Assembly: GCA_905480125.1 (NCBI GenBank)
Contig: CAJQPE010000002.1
Location: forward strand, 989 to 64,988
Direction of reading: 5' to 3'
Source of the DNA: an uncultured Flavobacteriales bacterium
GTDB lineage: Bacteria; Bacteroidota; Bacteroidia; Flavobacteriales_G; NORP312
Length of the DNA: 64,000 nucleotides
Shown: one piece after another, positions 44,621 through 54,852 of the stretch
Layout of the letters: every line of letters begins with the position of its first letter
How positions within the stretch are numbered: the first letter of the stretch is position 1
The notes under the pieces: generated by a model
What the model was told of the DNA's origin: nothing
What the model saw: the letters and a program-made list of their open reading frames with translations, nothing else
Database searches by the model: none
Made by a program: the position numbers and the translations under genes

Positions 44621-45337
44621 TTATTGGCAATACACAATAATTTGGTGTCGAAATGCCCACGTCCATTTTATTTCGTATTTCTTGACTCCGGCTTTGTTCA
44701 AAATGGCTCGCCATTCTTTCTTTTTAAACCCTTTTAGAATGGAAATTTTACCGTCATTACGCGTTATATGATTTGCACTAAATAGTATCGTGATAGCAAT
44801 AAATGCTACATAAGAAATTATATTTCGGTGCAAATCGCAGATGATTATTGCTTGGTTTGTTTTAGGAGTCGCTTGCTGAATAAATCTAATAATTTGATCT
44901 TCAGAAAAGTGATGAAGAAAGATGTTGGCAGAAACAAAATCATAAGATTCAGAGAAAAAATTATTATCAAATACATCGCCTCTTTCTATCTTTATGTTGG
45001 TATTCATTTTTGTTCTGCTTTGGGCATAATCTACGATAAAAGGATTCGCATCCACGCCTTTCATTTTTAAAGAATAGCCTCTTTTTGTGGCTACTTCACC
45101 TACTTTTATCAGTGTATCTCCTCCTCCACAGCCCGTATCTAACAGCGTGTGTTCTTTCTCTTTTGAAAACGTGAAAATAGTTTTGTTAAGTGCTCCCAAC
45201 AAAGCATTATGACCACCAAGTAATTTGTTGAATCCTTCAATTTCCTGAAGGTTTTTTATCAGCGCAGGTCCTTTAAGACTGAAGTCGTCAATTTTTTCTT
45301 CTACCCCCGATAATCGTTGTTTAAATTTTTCGAACAT
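44621..45337 (-). CDS. Class I SAM-dependent methyltransferase, first gene of the operon
   Basis: Motif I is LLDTGCGGGDT. It is 238 aa and its stop lies 3 nt from the PKS start. Confidence 0.75.
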   Translation of the reverse strand: MFEKFKQRLSGVEEKIDDFSLKGPALIKNLQEIEGFNKLLGGHNALLGALNKTIFTFSKEKEHTLLDTGCGGGDTLIKVGEVATKRGYSLKMKGVDANPFIVDYAQSRTKMNTNIKIERGDVFDNNFFSESYDFVSANIFLHHFSEDQIIRFIQQATPKTNQAIIICDLHRNIISYVAFIAITILFSANHITRNDGKISILKGFKKKEWRAILNKAGVKKYEIKWTWAFRHQIIVYCQ

Positions 45338-45421
45338 AATTTTATGGACACAAAGGAAGAACTAAAAATGGTATAAACATGAAACTTCCATCACCAAAAA
45401 GATTTGACTACTTTTGTTACG

Positions 45422-46417
45422 ATGGCTAACAAACAAGTGGCAGTTTTAGGTGGCGGTAGTTGGGCTACAGCGATTGTTAAGATGTTACTTAATAACTCGG
45501 AAAAAGTTCATTGGTGGATGCGTAGTGCAGATGCTGTTAGTCACATTCAAAAATTTCATCATAATCCTAACTACCTTAGCTCCGTTGAATTCCCTGAAGG
45601 TAAGCTAGACGTTAGTGCAGATTTGCGGTTTATAATAGAAAAATGTGATATAATTGTTTTGGCTATTCCTTCTGCATTTATTGAAGATGCTTTTGTTGCT
45701 ATTGAAGGTCTTGACATCTCTAAAAAATTATTCTTTTCTGCAGTGAAGGGTATTATCCCTAACCAGCACTCCATTGTTGCTCGTTATCTTCATAAACAAT
45801 ATCAACTTTCTTACGATAACATAGGAATTATTTGCGGGCCTTGCCATGCAGAAGAAGTTGCTATGGAAAAATTGTCTTATTTAACCATCGCTTGCGTGGA
45901 TGAGGACAAGGCGCAAATGATGGCGAATCTTTTAGATTGCAGGTACATTAAGACGTCTATTACGGAAGATGTTTTTGGAACAGAAATTTCTGCCGTTTAC
46001 AAAAACGTTGTTGCAATTGCTTCCGGAATATATCACGGATTGGGTTATGGAGATAATTTTCAAGCGGTTCTTATTTCTAACGCGATTCGTGAGATTAAGC
46101 GTTTTGTTGATGAGGTGAGCCCTGTTCATAGAGATGTGAATTCTTCGGCTTACTTAGGTGATTTATTAGTAACAGGGTATTCACAGTTTTCTAGAAATAG
46201 GACTTTTGGGACAATGCTAGGAAAAGGCTACACAGTAAAATTCGCTCAGCTTGAAATGAACATGATTGCTGAAGGTTATTATGCAGCAAAAAGCCTTGTT
46301 GAAATCAATAAAAAATTCGACGTAAGTATTCCTATTGCTGATGCCGTAAATCGCGTTTTATATGAAAAAATGTCTCCTCAAATTGAAATGAGATTATTGG
46401 CTGATAAGCTAAATTAA
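45422..46417 (+). CDS. gpsA: NAD(P)H-dependent glycerol-3-phosphate dehydrogenase
   Basis: The motif is VAVLGGGSWATA. The length and C-terminal pattern are typical. I take the ATG at 45422 (MANKQ) over the listed TTG at 45404. Confidence 0.88.
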   Translation: MANKQVAVLGGGSWATAIVKMLLNNSEKVHWWMRSADAVSHIQKFHHNPNYLSSVEFPEGKLDVSADLRFIIEKCDIIVLAIPSAFIEDAFVAIEGLDISKKLFFSAVKGIIPNQHSIVARYLHKQYQLSYDNIGIICGPCHAEEVAMEKLSYLTIACVDEDKAQMMANLLDCRYIKTSITEDVFGTEISAVYKNVVAIASGIYHGLGYGDNFQAVLISNAIREIKRFVDEVSPVHRDVNSSAYLGDLLVTGYSQFSRNRTFGTMLGKGYTVKFAQLEMNMIAEGYYAAKSLVEINKKFDVSIPIADAVNRVLYEKMSPQIEMRLLADKLN

Positions 46418-46531
46418 AATTATTGTTCTTAAACAAAGGTTCTATTTTCTCAATAAAATTTGGCTTAACTTAACAAAACGATATTTAATTTTATGGTGCT
46501 TTTTAAGCTAGAAAAATTAATTCTGAAAGAA

Positions 46532-48325
46532 TTACTTCTTAAAATAATTTACGATAATAATCGCTCGTGCTTTTCCAACAGCTCGCATTAGTTCTTTTTC
46601 AGAAGCTGCCTTAACGCGCTTAACAGACTTAAACTCTCGCAATAAGTCCATAATTGTTTTTTCTCCTACCCCAGGTATTTCATTCAGCTCAGTTTTCAAA
46701 GCCCCTTTCGATCGCTTGTTTCTGTGATGAGTAATACCAAAGCGATGTGCTTCGTTTCTTAGGTGCTGTATCACTTTGAGTGACTCAGAACGTTTATCAA
46801 TATAGATAGGAATAGAATCTCCAGGGAAAAAGATTTCTTCCAACTTTTTCGCGATACCTACAATGCCTATTTGGCCGCGCAGGCCTAATCTTTCGAGCGC
46901 GTTTACAGCCGAGCTCAGTTGTCCTTTACCTCCGTCAACTATAATAAGCTGAGGTAGTGATTTCTTTTCGTCTTGTAGTCGTTTATAACGTCTGTAAACC
47001 ACCTCTTCCATCGATGCAAAATCATCTGGACCTACAACCGTTTTAATGTTGAAATGACGATAATCTCGCTTGGCAGGTTTTGCGTTTCTAAAAACTACAC
47101 AAGCAGCAACCGCATTGGTTCCTTGAAGATTTGAATTATCGAAACATTCAATATGCACAGGCAGCGATTTTAACCGCATGTCTTTTTGAATTAGCTCTAA
47201 AATTCGTTCGGTTCTTCTTGTTGGGTTTCGTTTGTCAAGTTGTTTTTCTTTTTCGAAACGAAACTGTTTTGCGTTTTTGGTAGAAAGGTCGAGTAGTGCT
47301 TTTTTGTCGCCCCTTTGTGGCACGAAAAATTGTATTTCCTCATCGAATTGTGCTATTTCGAAAGGAATAATAACCTCTTTTGCTGTTAACGAAAACCTTG
47401 TTCTTAAGTCCATAATGGCGAAAGCCAAGAGTTCTTCATCTGTTTCTTCTAAACGCTTCTTAAGTTCAATAGTGTGCCCTTGAATGATAGCCCCATTATT
47501 CACTTTCATGAAGTTGATAAAGGCACTTTTTTCATCGGTTACGATGGAGTAAACCTCAACGTTTTTGATACTGGGTGTAACCACAGCTGACCGACTTTGA
47601 AACTTCTCTATTAGCTCAATTTTTTGCTTTAGTAAATCCGCTTTTTCAAATTCTAAATGCTCGGCATAAACCATCATTTTTTCTTTGAGGTTCTTTGTAA
47701 TTCGGGGTATATTCCCTTTAATTACATCGCGAACAGAATCTACAAAGTCGTTGTAATCAGCTTCAGATTGAAGCCCCTCGCAAGGTGCTTGGCAATTGCC
47801 CAAATGAAACTCAAGACACTTTTTAAACTTACCTTTTTCTATGTTTTCTTTCGATAAATTGAAATTACAATTACGTATTTGACTAACCGCCACCGTTAAG
47901 TCCATAACTGCTCTTAACATGCGGACCGAAGCATACGGGCCGTAATACTCAGACCCGTCTTTAATTACTTTTCTCGTCTTGAATATTCTAGGAAATCGTT
48001 CTTTTTTAATACAAATCCAAGGGTAGGTTTTATCGTCTTTTAGTTGGATGTTATACTTCGGCTGATGCTTTTTGATTAGCGAGTTTTCAAGCAGCAACGC
48101 CTCCATTTCAGAGCCGACCATAATGTAATTTAGATCAGCAATTTTACGAACCAGGAACAACGTTTTAGTGCTGTCGTGCCGCCCTTTTACAAAATAGGAA
48201 GTCACCCTTTTTTTAAGTGCTTTGGCTTTACCAACGTATATTAGAACCCCTTCTGAATCGAAATATTGGTAAACCCCCGGGGTGCTGGGTAGCGCTTCTA
48301 TTTTCGATTTTAGTTCTGGGTTCAC
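46532..48325 (-). CDS. uvrC: Excinuclease ABC subunit C
   Basis: It has a GIY-YIG N-terminus (GVYQYFDSEGVLIYVGKAKALKKRV), a UVR domain and a C-terminal HhH region. GTG start. Confidence 0.92.
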   Translation of the reverse strand: MNPELKSKIEALPSTPGVYQYFDSEGVLIYVGKAKALKKRVTSYFVKGRHDSTKTLFLVRKIADLNYIMVGSEMEALLLENSLIKKHQPKYNIQLKDDKTYPWICIKKERFPRIFKTRKVIKDGSEYYGPYASVRMLRAVMDLTVAVSQIRNCNFNLSKENIEKGKFKKCLEFHLGNCQAPCEGLQSEADYNDFVDSVRDVIKGNIPRITKNLKEKMMVYAEHLEFEKADLLKQKIELIEKFQSRSAVVTPSIKNVEVYSIVTDEKSAFINFMKVNNGAIIQGHTIELKKRLEETDEELLAFAIMDLRTRFSLTAKEVIIPFEIAQFDEEIQFFVPQRGDKKALLDLSTKNAKQFRFEKEKQLDKRNPTRRTERILELIQKDMRLKSLPVHIECFDNSNLQGTNAVAACVVFRNAKPAKRDYRHFNIKTVVGPDDFASMEEVVYRRYKRLQDEKKSLPQLIIVDGGKGQLSSAVNALERLGLRGQIGIVGIAKKLEEIFFPGDSIPIYIDKRSESLKVIQHLRNEAHRFGITHHRNKRSKGALKTELNEIPGVGEKTIMDLLREFKSVKRVKAASEKELMRAVGKARAIIIVNYFKK

Positions 48326-48355
48326 TGTTCAAAGAAAAACAATTCATTGCAAAAA

Positions 48356-48994
48356 TCACTTCTTTCTTAGCACTTGTATCCCGTCTCGAATTGGGAATAG
48401 AACATTTTGCACACGTTCATCTGCCTGTACTTTTTTATTGAAGTCGATTATTGCTTTTGTATCTATATCGCATTTCTCGTATTGTTCTAAAATTTTAGAG
48501 CTCCACAAAACGTTGTCGGCAATTATGTAGCCACCGGTTTTAAGCATTGGAAAAACCAGGTCGTAATAGGCAGCATAGTTGGATTTATCGGCATCGATAA
48601 ACACCAAATCAAGCTCTTCGTTCAGCTCAAGAATAATTTTATTGGCGTCTCCTATTCGTTGCTCGATGGTGTTTTCAAGCCCAGCCCTAAAAAAATATTT
48701 TTTAGCGAAAGTTTCTAATTCTTCGTTGATGTCGATTGTAATTAATTTACCATTTTCGACCAGGCCCTCGGCCAAACAAATAGCAGAATAGCCGGTAAAC
48801 GTGCCGATTTCTAAAATCGTTTGGGGCTTTACCATGTGGCTCAGCATACTTAATGTTCTACCCTGTAAATGCCCCGCAAGCATCCTGGGATTCATAACTT
48901 TTAACCACGTTTCTCTTGTTAATTCTTGAAGCAATTGTGGCTCATCCTCTGAATGAGCCACCACATACTGATCTATTTTAGGATCTAGGAACAC
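48356..48994 (-). CDS. Class I O-methyltransferase (caffeoyl-CoA OMT-like family 3)
   Basis: The motifs ILEIGTFTGYSAICLA and FIDADKSNY are characteristic. GTG start. Confidence 0.8.
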   Translation of the reverse strand: MFLDPKIDQYVVAHSEDEPQLLQELTRETWLKVMNPRMLAGHLQGRTLSMLSHMVKPQTILEIGTFTGYSAICLAEGLVENGKLITIDINEELETFAKKYFFRAGLENTIEQRIGDANKIILELNEELDLVFIDADKSNYAAYYDLVFPMLKTGGYIIADNVLWSSKILEQYEKCDIDTKAIIDFNKKVQADERVQNVLFPIRDGIQVLRKK

Positions 48995-48998
48995 AATG

Positions 48999-50228
48999 TC
49001 ATTTGGACAAATACGTAAGGTGAGTTAGCTGATCCTCCGCAAAAACTTCATTCGCAATTTCCTGAATTTCTTCCGAGGTTATTGCGTCTATTTTCTCAAA
49101 GACTTTTTCAATTGGGTCGACAACATCATAAACCATTATGCTTTTTCCAATCGTTAACATTAAGGAAGCTTTGTTTTCTTGAGCCAAACCAATTTGTCCA
49201 ATCAATTGTTGTTTAGCTTGGTGCAATTGATTTATTCCTAATTTCTTATTTCGCAGCAATCGTAATTCTTTTAAAACTAAGCTTCTTGTTTTTTCTAAGT
49301 GTTTTTTATCTGTGCCAAAATAAATGTTGAAAAGGCCTGTGTCACTGTATGCCGTATAATTAGATTCTAGATAGTATGTGAAGCCATATTTTTCCCTAAT
49401 ATTAAGATTTAATCTACTGTTAAGTCCGGGGCCTCCCAACAAATTTGACAGCAATATTAATCCTCTGCGTTTACTTGATTGCGAAGAATACGCAACATTT
49501 CCTAGCATCGCATGTTCTTGAAAATTCGCTCTTTGTCTCACAATCTTTTTTGGTGAGTAATTGGAAAATGCGACCCGTTTTTTATTATTAGATTTTGGCG
49601 CTATTTTGCCAAGGTGCTTTTCTACCTGTTTCCGGAGTTTCGCTCCTGAAATCGGACCAACTGAGGCAAAAACCATTTCATCTGTTGAATAATTTTTCTC
49701 GATAAATTTTTGAATGTCAACAATCGCAAATTTCTTAATCAAATGCTCCTCTCCAAGGATATTACGCCCTATTTGGTGTCCTTCGAAAAGCTGCTCCTCA
49801 AAATCATCAAAAATAGTTTCCGATGGATCATCTAAGTATGAATTTATCTCATCAATAATTACGTCTTTTTCTTTGTCGATTTCCTTTTTAGGGAAAATTG
49901 AATTAAATGTAATGTCGGTAATTAGCTCAACAGAGCGGTCATAATGATGAGCTAAGAACGAGGCATAAATACATGTTTCTTCTTTCGTTGTGTAGGCATT
50001 AATTTCTCCACCTACCGCGTCTAGTCTGCTTAGAATGTGAAATGCTTTTCTTTTCTTGGTTCCTTTAAATACAGTATGCTCAATAAAGTGAGCAATGCCA
50101 GACTCTTCTGGGTGTTCGTCTCGAGAGCCAACATTAATTATGAGCCCACAATGAGCCACGTTTCCATAAGGCAATTCATGGTGAATTACCCTAATGCCAT
50201 TTTCTAATGTAAATGTTTCAAAACTCAT
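48999..50228 (-). CDS. M16-family zinc peptidase (insulinase-like)
   Basis: It has the inverted zincin motif HFIEHTVFKG. I take the start at MSFETFTLENG (ATG 50228). The upstream 74 codons of the listed ORF look non-coding. Confidence 0.8.
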   Translation of the reverse strand: MSFETFTLENGIRVIHHELPYGNVAHCGLIINVGSRDEHPEESGIAHFIEHTVFKGTKKRKAFHILSRLDAVGGEINAYTTKEETCIYASFLAHHYDRSVELITDITFNSIFPKKEIDKEKDVIIDEINSYLDDPSETIFDDFEEQLFEGHQIGRNILGEEHLIKKFAIVDIQKFIEKNYSTDEMVFASVGPISGAKLRKQVEKHLGKIAPKSNNKKRVAFSNYSPKKIVRQRANFQEHAMLGNVAYSSQSSKRRGLILLSNLLGGPGLNSRLNLNIREKYGFTYYLESNYTAYSDTGLFNIYFGTDKKHLEKTRSLVLKELRLLRNKKLGINQLHQAKQQLIGQIGLAQENKASLMLTIGKSIMVYDVVDPIEKVFEKIDAITSEEIQEIANEVFAEDQLTHLTYLSK

Positions 50229-50240
50229 CTTCTGTGTGCG

Positions 50241-50248
50241 CAAAAGTA
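50241..50248 (-). promoter_or_regulatory. Candidate -7 promoter box (TACTTTTG) for the M16 peptidase/OMT/uvrC operon
   Basis: It is an exact TAnnTTTG match on the minus strand, 12 nt upstream of the ATG at 50228. Confidence 0.35.
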
Positions 50249-50414
50249 GAAAATCAAGTAGGTTAACCACTATATAAAACCGAACTTGACAATAATAAGC
50301 TTTGGTTTGGTTTTTAATTGGGAAGTTTCCAGAAAAGTGTTTTAACAATAGTGGTCTATAGAGATGGGATTTATTGCTGTAATTAGTTTTTCTTCTTTCA
50401 GTGTTATTTTGATT

Positions 50415-50422
50415 TATCTTTG
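50415..50422 (+). promoter_or_regulatory. Candidate -7 promoter box (TATCTTTG) for glnS
   Basis: It is an exact TAnnTTTG match, 19 nt upstream of the ATG at 50442. Confidence 0.4.
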
Positions 50423-50441
50423 CGCTCAATTCAGCATTAAT

Positions 50442-52106
50442 ATGGAACAAACAAAGTCACTTAATTTTATTGAAGAAAAAATAAAAGCTGACTTAGCTGC
50501 GGGGAAATTTGGAGGAGCTATTCATACTCGTTTTCCTCCTGAGCCTAATGGATATTTACATATTGGTCACGCGAAAGCTATCTGCTTAAATTTTGGTATC
50601 GCAAAAGCTAACGGTGGGGTTTGTAACCTTCGTTTTGATGATACCAATCCAACCAAAGAAGAAACCAAGTATGTTGATGCTATTAAGCAAGACGTCAAAT
50701 GGTTGGGATTTAACTGGGGAGATAAAGAATACTATACTTCTGATTACTTCGAAACCCTTTATGGTTATGCGGTTAAGTTAATTGAAAAAGGCCTTGCCTA
50801 TGTAGACCACCAAACACCTGAACAAATAGCAGAACAAAAAGGAACACCAACAAGGCCTGGGGAAAATAGCCCGTTTAGAAATAGAACTATTGAGGAAAAC
50901 CTAGAATTGTTCGCTAAAATGAGAAATGGTGATTTCGAAGAGGGTGTTTGTATTCTTCGCGCTAAGATAGACATGGAAAACGACAACATGCTTTTGCGTG
51001 ATCCGTTGATTTATAGAATTAAAAAAGTAACCCACCATAGAACGGGAGATGATTGGTGTATATACCCCATTTACGATTTTGCTCATGGACAATCAGATTC
51101 AATTGAAGGCATAACTCACTCGCTTTGTTCTTTAGAGTTTGAGGTTCATAGACCTCTTTATAATTGGTTTATCGAAAATTTAGAGATATTTCCTTCGGAA
51201 CAAACAGAGTTTGCCAGGCTCAATCTTTCCTATACTATTCTTAGTAAAAGAAAGTTGTTAGAACTAGTAGAAGGCAATCACGTAACGGGTTGGGACGACC
51301 CAAGGATGCCAACACTTTCTGGGCTGCGCCGAAGAGGTTATTCTCCCGAGTCAATTTTAGCGCTTTGTGAAGAAATTGGTGTGCTTAAACGGAATGGTTT
51401 AACGGATCTTTCCTTGCTTGAACACCACCTAAAAACTCACCTCAACAAAGTTGCTGAACGCAGAATGGCAGTATTGAACCCGCTAAAGGTGACTATAACG
51501 AATTACCCAGAGGGAAAATCGGAATTGCTAGATGCAGTAAACAATCCAGAAAATGAATTAGCAGGAAAAAGACAGGTGCCTTTTTCCAGAGAAATTTATA
51601 TCGAACAAGACGATTTTATGGAAGATGCACCACGTAAATTTTATAGACTTTCGCAAGGTAGAGAAGTGCGCTTGCGTTATGCGTATTACATTACTTGCAA
51701 TGAGATTATTAAAGACACTGAAGGAAATATTACCGAGCTACTTTGCACCTATGACCCAGAAACGAAAGGAGGCCAATCTCCTGATGGAAGAAAGGTGAAA
51801 GCTACAATGCACTGGGTTTCTGTTAATGATTCAATTGATGCAGATGTTAGGTTATACGACAGGTTGTTTTCTTCCGAAACACCTGATAAAACTGAAGAAG
51901 GCGGCCATTTTACTGACAACCTTAACCCTAAGTCTGTTGAAATTATTTCAGCCAAACTTGAGCCCGAATTAAAAACAGCTATAATTGGCGCCACATATCA
52001 GTTCGAAAGACTTGGTTATTTCTGTAAAGACCAAGATTCTTCAAGTTCTAATCTTGTCTTTAACAGAACCGTCGCGCTTAGAGATTCTTGGGCAAAAAAG
52101 AAATAG
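50442..52106 (+). CDS. glnS: Glutamine--tRNA ligase
   Basis: It has the HIGH region [14 protein letters not shown] and the KMSKS-equivalent ILSKRK. I take the start at [12 protein letters not shown] (ATG 50442). Confidence 0.9.
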   Translation: MEQTKSLNFIEEKIKADLAAGKFGGAIHTRFPPEPNGYLHIGHAKAICLNFGIAKANGGVCNLRFDDTNPTKEETKYVDAIKQDVKWLGFNWGDKEYYTSDYFETLYGYAVKLIEKGLAYVDHQTPEQIAEQKGTPTRPGENSPFRNRTIEENLELFAKMRNGDFEEGVCILRAKIDMENDNMLLRDPLIYRIKKVTHHRTGDDWCIYPIYDFAHGQSDSIEGITHSLCSLEFEVHRPLYNWFIENLEIFPSEQTEFARLNLSYTILSKRKLLELVEGNHVTGWDDPRMPTLSGLRRRGYSPESILALCEEIGVLKRNGLTDLSLLEHHLKTHLNKVAERRMAVLNPLKVTITNYPEGKSELLDAVNNPENELAGKRQVPFSREIYIEQDDFMEDAPRKFYRLSQGREVRLRYAYYITCNEIIKDTEGNITELLCTYDPETKGGQSPDGRKVKATMHWVSVNDSIDADVRLYDRLFSSETPDKTEEGGHFTDNLNPKSVEIISAKLEPELKTAIIGATYQFERLGYFCKDQDSSSSNLVFNRTVALRDSWAKKK

Positions 52107-52107
52107 T

Positions 52108-52467
52108 ATGGGTTTAGTGTTAGTAGAAGATTTAGAAGTTTTTGCCTATCACGGGCACTTTAAAGAAGAGCAGCTTGTGGGGCGTAATTTTGTGGTTAAC
52201 CTAATGGTTGATACTGATTTTTCGAAAGCTGTTGTTACTGACGAATTAGATGGTACTGTTGACTATTCAGCTTTGTGCAGAATTATACATGAACAAATGG
52301 CGATTCCATCAAAGCTTTTAGAACACGTTGGCGGAAGAATCCTTGCCAAAATTAAAGAAGAGTTTAACGGTTCCGTTCATTTGGCTGAGCTTAAAATAGC
52401 CAAAATCAACACTCCGCTACCTGGAAAAATTGGCGCTGTTTCCATCGTAATGCGGGAAGAGTTTTAG
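52108..52467 (+). CDS. folB: Dihydroneopterin aldolase
   Basis: The 119-aa protein has the FolB family signature VFAYHGHFKEEQLVGRNFVVNL. Its ATG lies 1 nt after the glnS stop. Confidence 0.8.
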   Translation: MGLVLVEDLEVFAYHGHFKEEQLVGRNFVVNLMVDTDFSKAVVTDELDGTVDYSALCRIIHEQMAIPSKLLEHVGGRILAKIKEEFNGSVHLAELKIAKINTPLPGKIGAVSIVMREEF

Positions 52468-52668
52468 TTTGTTTGTCTTAATTTAGGTTTGCCTATCTGC
52501 TTACTGTATTTGTTGAAAATAAAAAAGCTGCCAGCGCTGCTCTTCTGTTAATCTCCGCAACATGCTCTTTTTTTGAAACATGTTTAGGGCTATGTTTCTG
52601 TAAAAAGGAATTAGCTAAGTGCATAAAGATTGTTCATTATCCGCTCAATTTCACTTCATTTGCATCGA

Positions 52669-54792
52669 ATGAAAAAGAAAAAAAAGCCCGCTTCGAAGGG
52701 TAAACTAATTAACTCAGTACTAGTTGTTTTTGAAAAAACCCAAGGAAGGCCCCTTAATTATAAGCAGATAGCAAGAGAATTAAAAATTACCTCAGCTAAT
52801 AGCCGAAAAGTAATCATCGATATTTTAATAGATCTCGTTAATTCAGGAAAACTTAAAGAAATAGATCGAGGCAGGTACGAACTAAAAGCAAACAGCCGAG
52901 TTTTAATGGGTCAAATTATGTTCACGAAGGCTGGCAGTGGATTTGTTACCATTGAAGGCCAAAACCGTGACATTTACATACATGCGAGAAATGCAAGAAA
53001 CGCACTCAATGGTGATAAAGTAGAAATCAGAATTACAAAGTCGGGCATGGGTGGTAAGCGCTCCGAAGGCAAGGTTGTTTCTGTTACGGAAAGAGCTAAA
53101 ACAGATTTTGTCGGGCTACTCGAGGTAAGCGAAAAATATGCATTCGTTGTGCCAAATGATGATAAAACACCGGTAGACTTCTTCATACCTTTAGATAAGC
53201 TAAATGGCGCTAAACATGGAGAGGTTGTTTTGGTTAAAATGACAAGCTGGTCTGCCGACCAAAAGAGCCCATACGGAAAAATAGTTGAAGTGTTCGGAAA
53301 CCCAGAAGATAATAATGTTGAGATGCGGTCTATTCTGGCAAACAAAGGTTTTACTTCTGGTTTTCAGCGAGTAGTTGAGCGGGAAGCGGAACAAATTTCT
53401 TTAGAAATTTCTAAAGAAGAAATTGCCAAAAGAAAAGACTTTAGAGATGTGTTAACATTTACCATCGACCCGGCCGATGCTAAAGACTTTGACGATGCGC
53501 TTTCCTTCAGGAAATTAGAAAACGGGAACATCGAAGTTGGAGTCCATATTGCAGATGTAACTCACTATATAAAGCCGGGAAGCGCCTTAGACGAGGAGGC
53601 CATTAACCGAGCAACGTCAGTATATCTTGTTGATAGAGTTATTCCGATGCTTCCCGAAAGGTTGTCAAATGGGGTTTGTTCCCTTAGGCCCAATGAAGAA
53701 AAATTATGTTTTGCTGCTGTTTTCGAAATAGATAAAGATGCCAAAGTACTAAGTACTTGGATTGGGCGGACTGTAATTTATTCTGATAAACGATTTACAT
53801 ACGAAGATGTTCAAGAAACTATTGAGGCTAAAGATGGACTTTACGTTGATGAAATACTTCAATTAAATACTCTAGCAAAAAAGCTTCGCGACAATAGAAT
53901 GAATGAGGGTTCGATTAGTTTCGATCGTGTAGAAGTTCGTTTTAAACTAGACGAACATGGCGATCCTGATGGTGTTTATTTCAAGGAACAGAAAGATGCC
54001 CACAAGCTTATTGAGGATTTTATGCTTTTGGCAAACAGGTCTGTCGCTTTGTATGTTTCTAAATTAGACCGCAAAGACAAAACATTCGTTTACCGAATAC
54101 ATGATGATCCGGATCCAGATAAAATCTCGGCTTTCAGCCAGTTTATCTCTCGGTTTGGATATAAAGTAGACGAAAACAGGGTGCAATCATCTCTTAACCA
54201 GATACTAGACGCTGTTAAAGGAAAGCCTGAAGCTAATGTTGTAGAAACACTTGCTATTCGAACAATGGCTAAGGCAGTATACACAACTAAAAATATTGGC
54301 CATTACGGTTTAGGTTTTAGTCATTATTCGCACTTTACATCACCTATTAGAAGGTATCCTGATGTAATGACGCATAGATTGTTATGGTATTATTTGACTG
54401 GCGAAGGAGTTAAGGTCGATCCCGAAGAAATCGAGGACGTTTGCAAACACTGTTCACAACAAGAAAGGTCTGCCGTTGAAGCCGAACGAGAATCAACTAA
54501 ATATTTTCAAGCCTTAACGCTTAATGATAAAGTTGGTGAAACATTCGCTGGGCTCATTTCTGGTGTAACCGATTTTGGGTTTTTTGTAGAAGTTGAAGAA
54601 AACAAATGCGAAGGATTGGTTCGGTTGGCAGACATGAAAGATGATCATTACTATTTTGATGAAAAAAACTTTCAAGTCATAGGTAACAATAAGGGGGCAA
54701 TCTACCAGTTGGGTCAAAAAGTTATGATTAAGGTCCGAAATGTCAATTTGGTTAAAAAGCAAATTGATTTTGAAATATTGCCCCAAGACTAG
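52669..54792 (+). CDS. rnr: Ribonuclease R
   Basis: It has the RNB catalytic region (IDPADAKDFDDALS), cold-shock-like N-terminal domains and a C-terminal S1 domain (GETFAGLISGVTDFGFFVEV). I take the start at MKKKKKPASKG (ATG 52669). Confidence 0.9.
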   Translation: MKKKKKPASKGKLINSVLVVFEKTQGRPLNYKQIARELKITSANSRKVIIDILIDLVNSGKLKEIDRGRYELKANSRVLMGQIMFTKAGSGFVTIEGQNRDIYIHARNARNALNGDKVEIRITKSGMGGKRSEGKVVSVTERAKTDFVGLLEVSEKYAFVVPNDDKTPVDFFIPLDKLNGAKHGEVVLVKMTSWSADQKSPYGKIVEVFGNPEDNNVEMRSILANKGFTSGFQRVVEREAEQISLEISKEEIAKRKDFRDVLTFTIDPADAKDFDDALSFRKLENGNIEVGVHIADVTHYIKPGSALDEEAINRATSVYLVDRVIPMLPERLSNGVCSLRPNEEKLCFAAVFEIDKDAKVLSTWIGRTVIYSDKRFTYEDVQETIEAKDGLYVDEILQLNTLAKKLRDNRMNEGSISFDRVEVRFKLDEHGDPDGVYFKEQKDAHKLIEDFMLLANRSVALYVSKLDRKDKTFVYRIHDDPDPDKISAFSQFISRFGYKVDENRVQSSLNQILDAVKGKPEANVVETLAIRTMAKAVYTTKNIGHYGLGFSHYSHFTSPIRRYPDVMTHRLLWYYLTGEGVKVDPEEIEDVCKHCSQQERSAVEAERESTKYFQALTLNDKVGETFAGLISGVTDFGFFVEVEENKCEGLVRLADMKDDHYYFDEKNFQVIGNNKGAIYQLGQKVMIKVRNVNLVKKQIDFEILPQD

Positions 54793-54852
54793 GCAACGTG
54801 TTGACCCGAAAAAAACTGCAAAAAATAAATTTGGTCGGGGCTAGATATTAGC

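Noticed and set aside
37104-45337. Whether the PKS operon is part of a mobile or recently acquired island.
   Set aside because: There are no flanking integrase, transposase or tRNA genes, no direct repeats and no obvious compositional break by eye. It is flanked by core genes (hemB, gpsA). I cannot compute GC or codon statistics here, so acquisition remains untested rather than supported.
50229-50450. N-terminal extensions in the ORF track. The M16 peptidase is listed from 50450, and similar extensions exist for add (4938), scoB (12496), lysS (19482), the amidohydrolase (29544), gpsA (45404), glnS (50364), folB (51985), rnr (52630), the thioredoxin-like gene (55749), the J-domain gene (22457) and the barrel protein (4752).
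   Set aside because: The extensions overlap upstream genes or read as non-protein-like sequence. Internal ATG codons give N-termini typical of each family and often sit just after the upstream stop or downstream of a TAnnTTTG box.
52560-52610. Small inverted repeats upstream of rnr (GAAACAT...ATGTTTC) and a 7-bp inverted repeat pair CCACTAT/ATAGTGG in the 50229-50441 spacer.
   Set aside because: The stems are short (6-7 bp), with long or irregular loops. That is within what chance gives in AT-rich spacers, and I recognise no regulatory motif.
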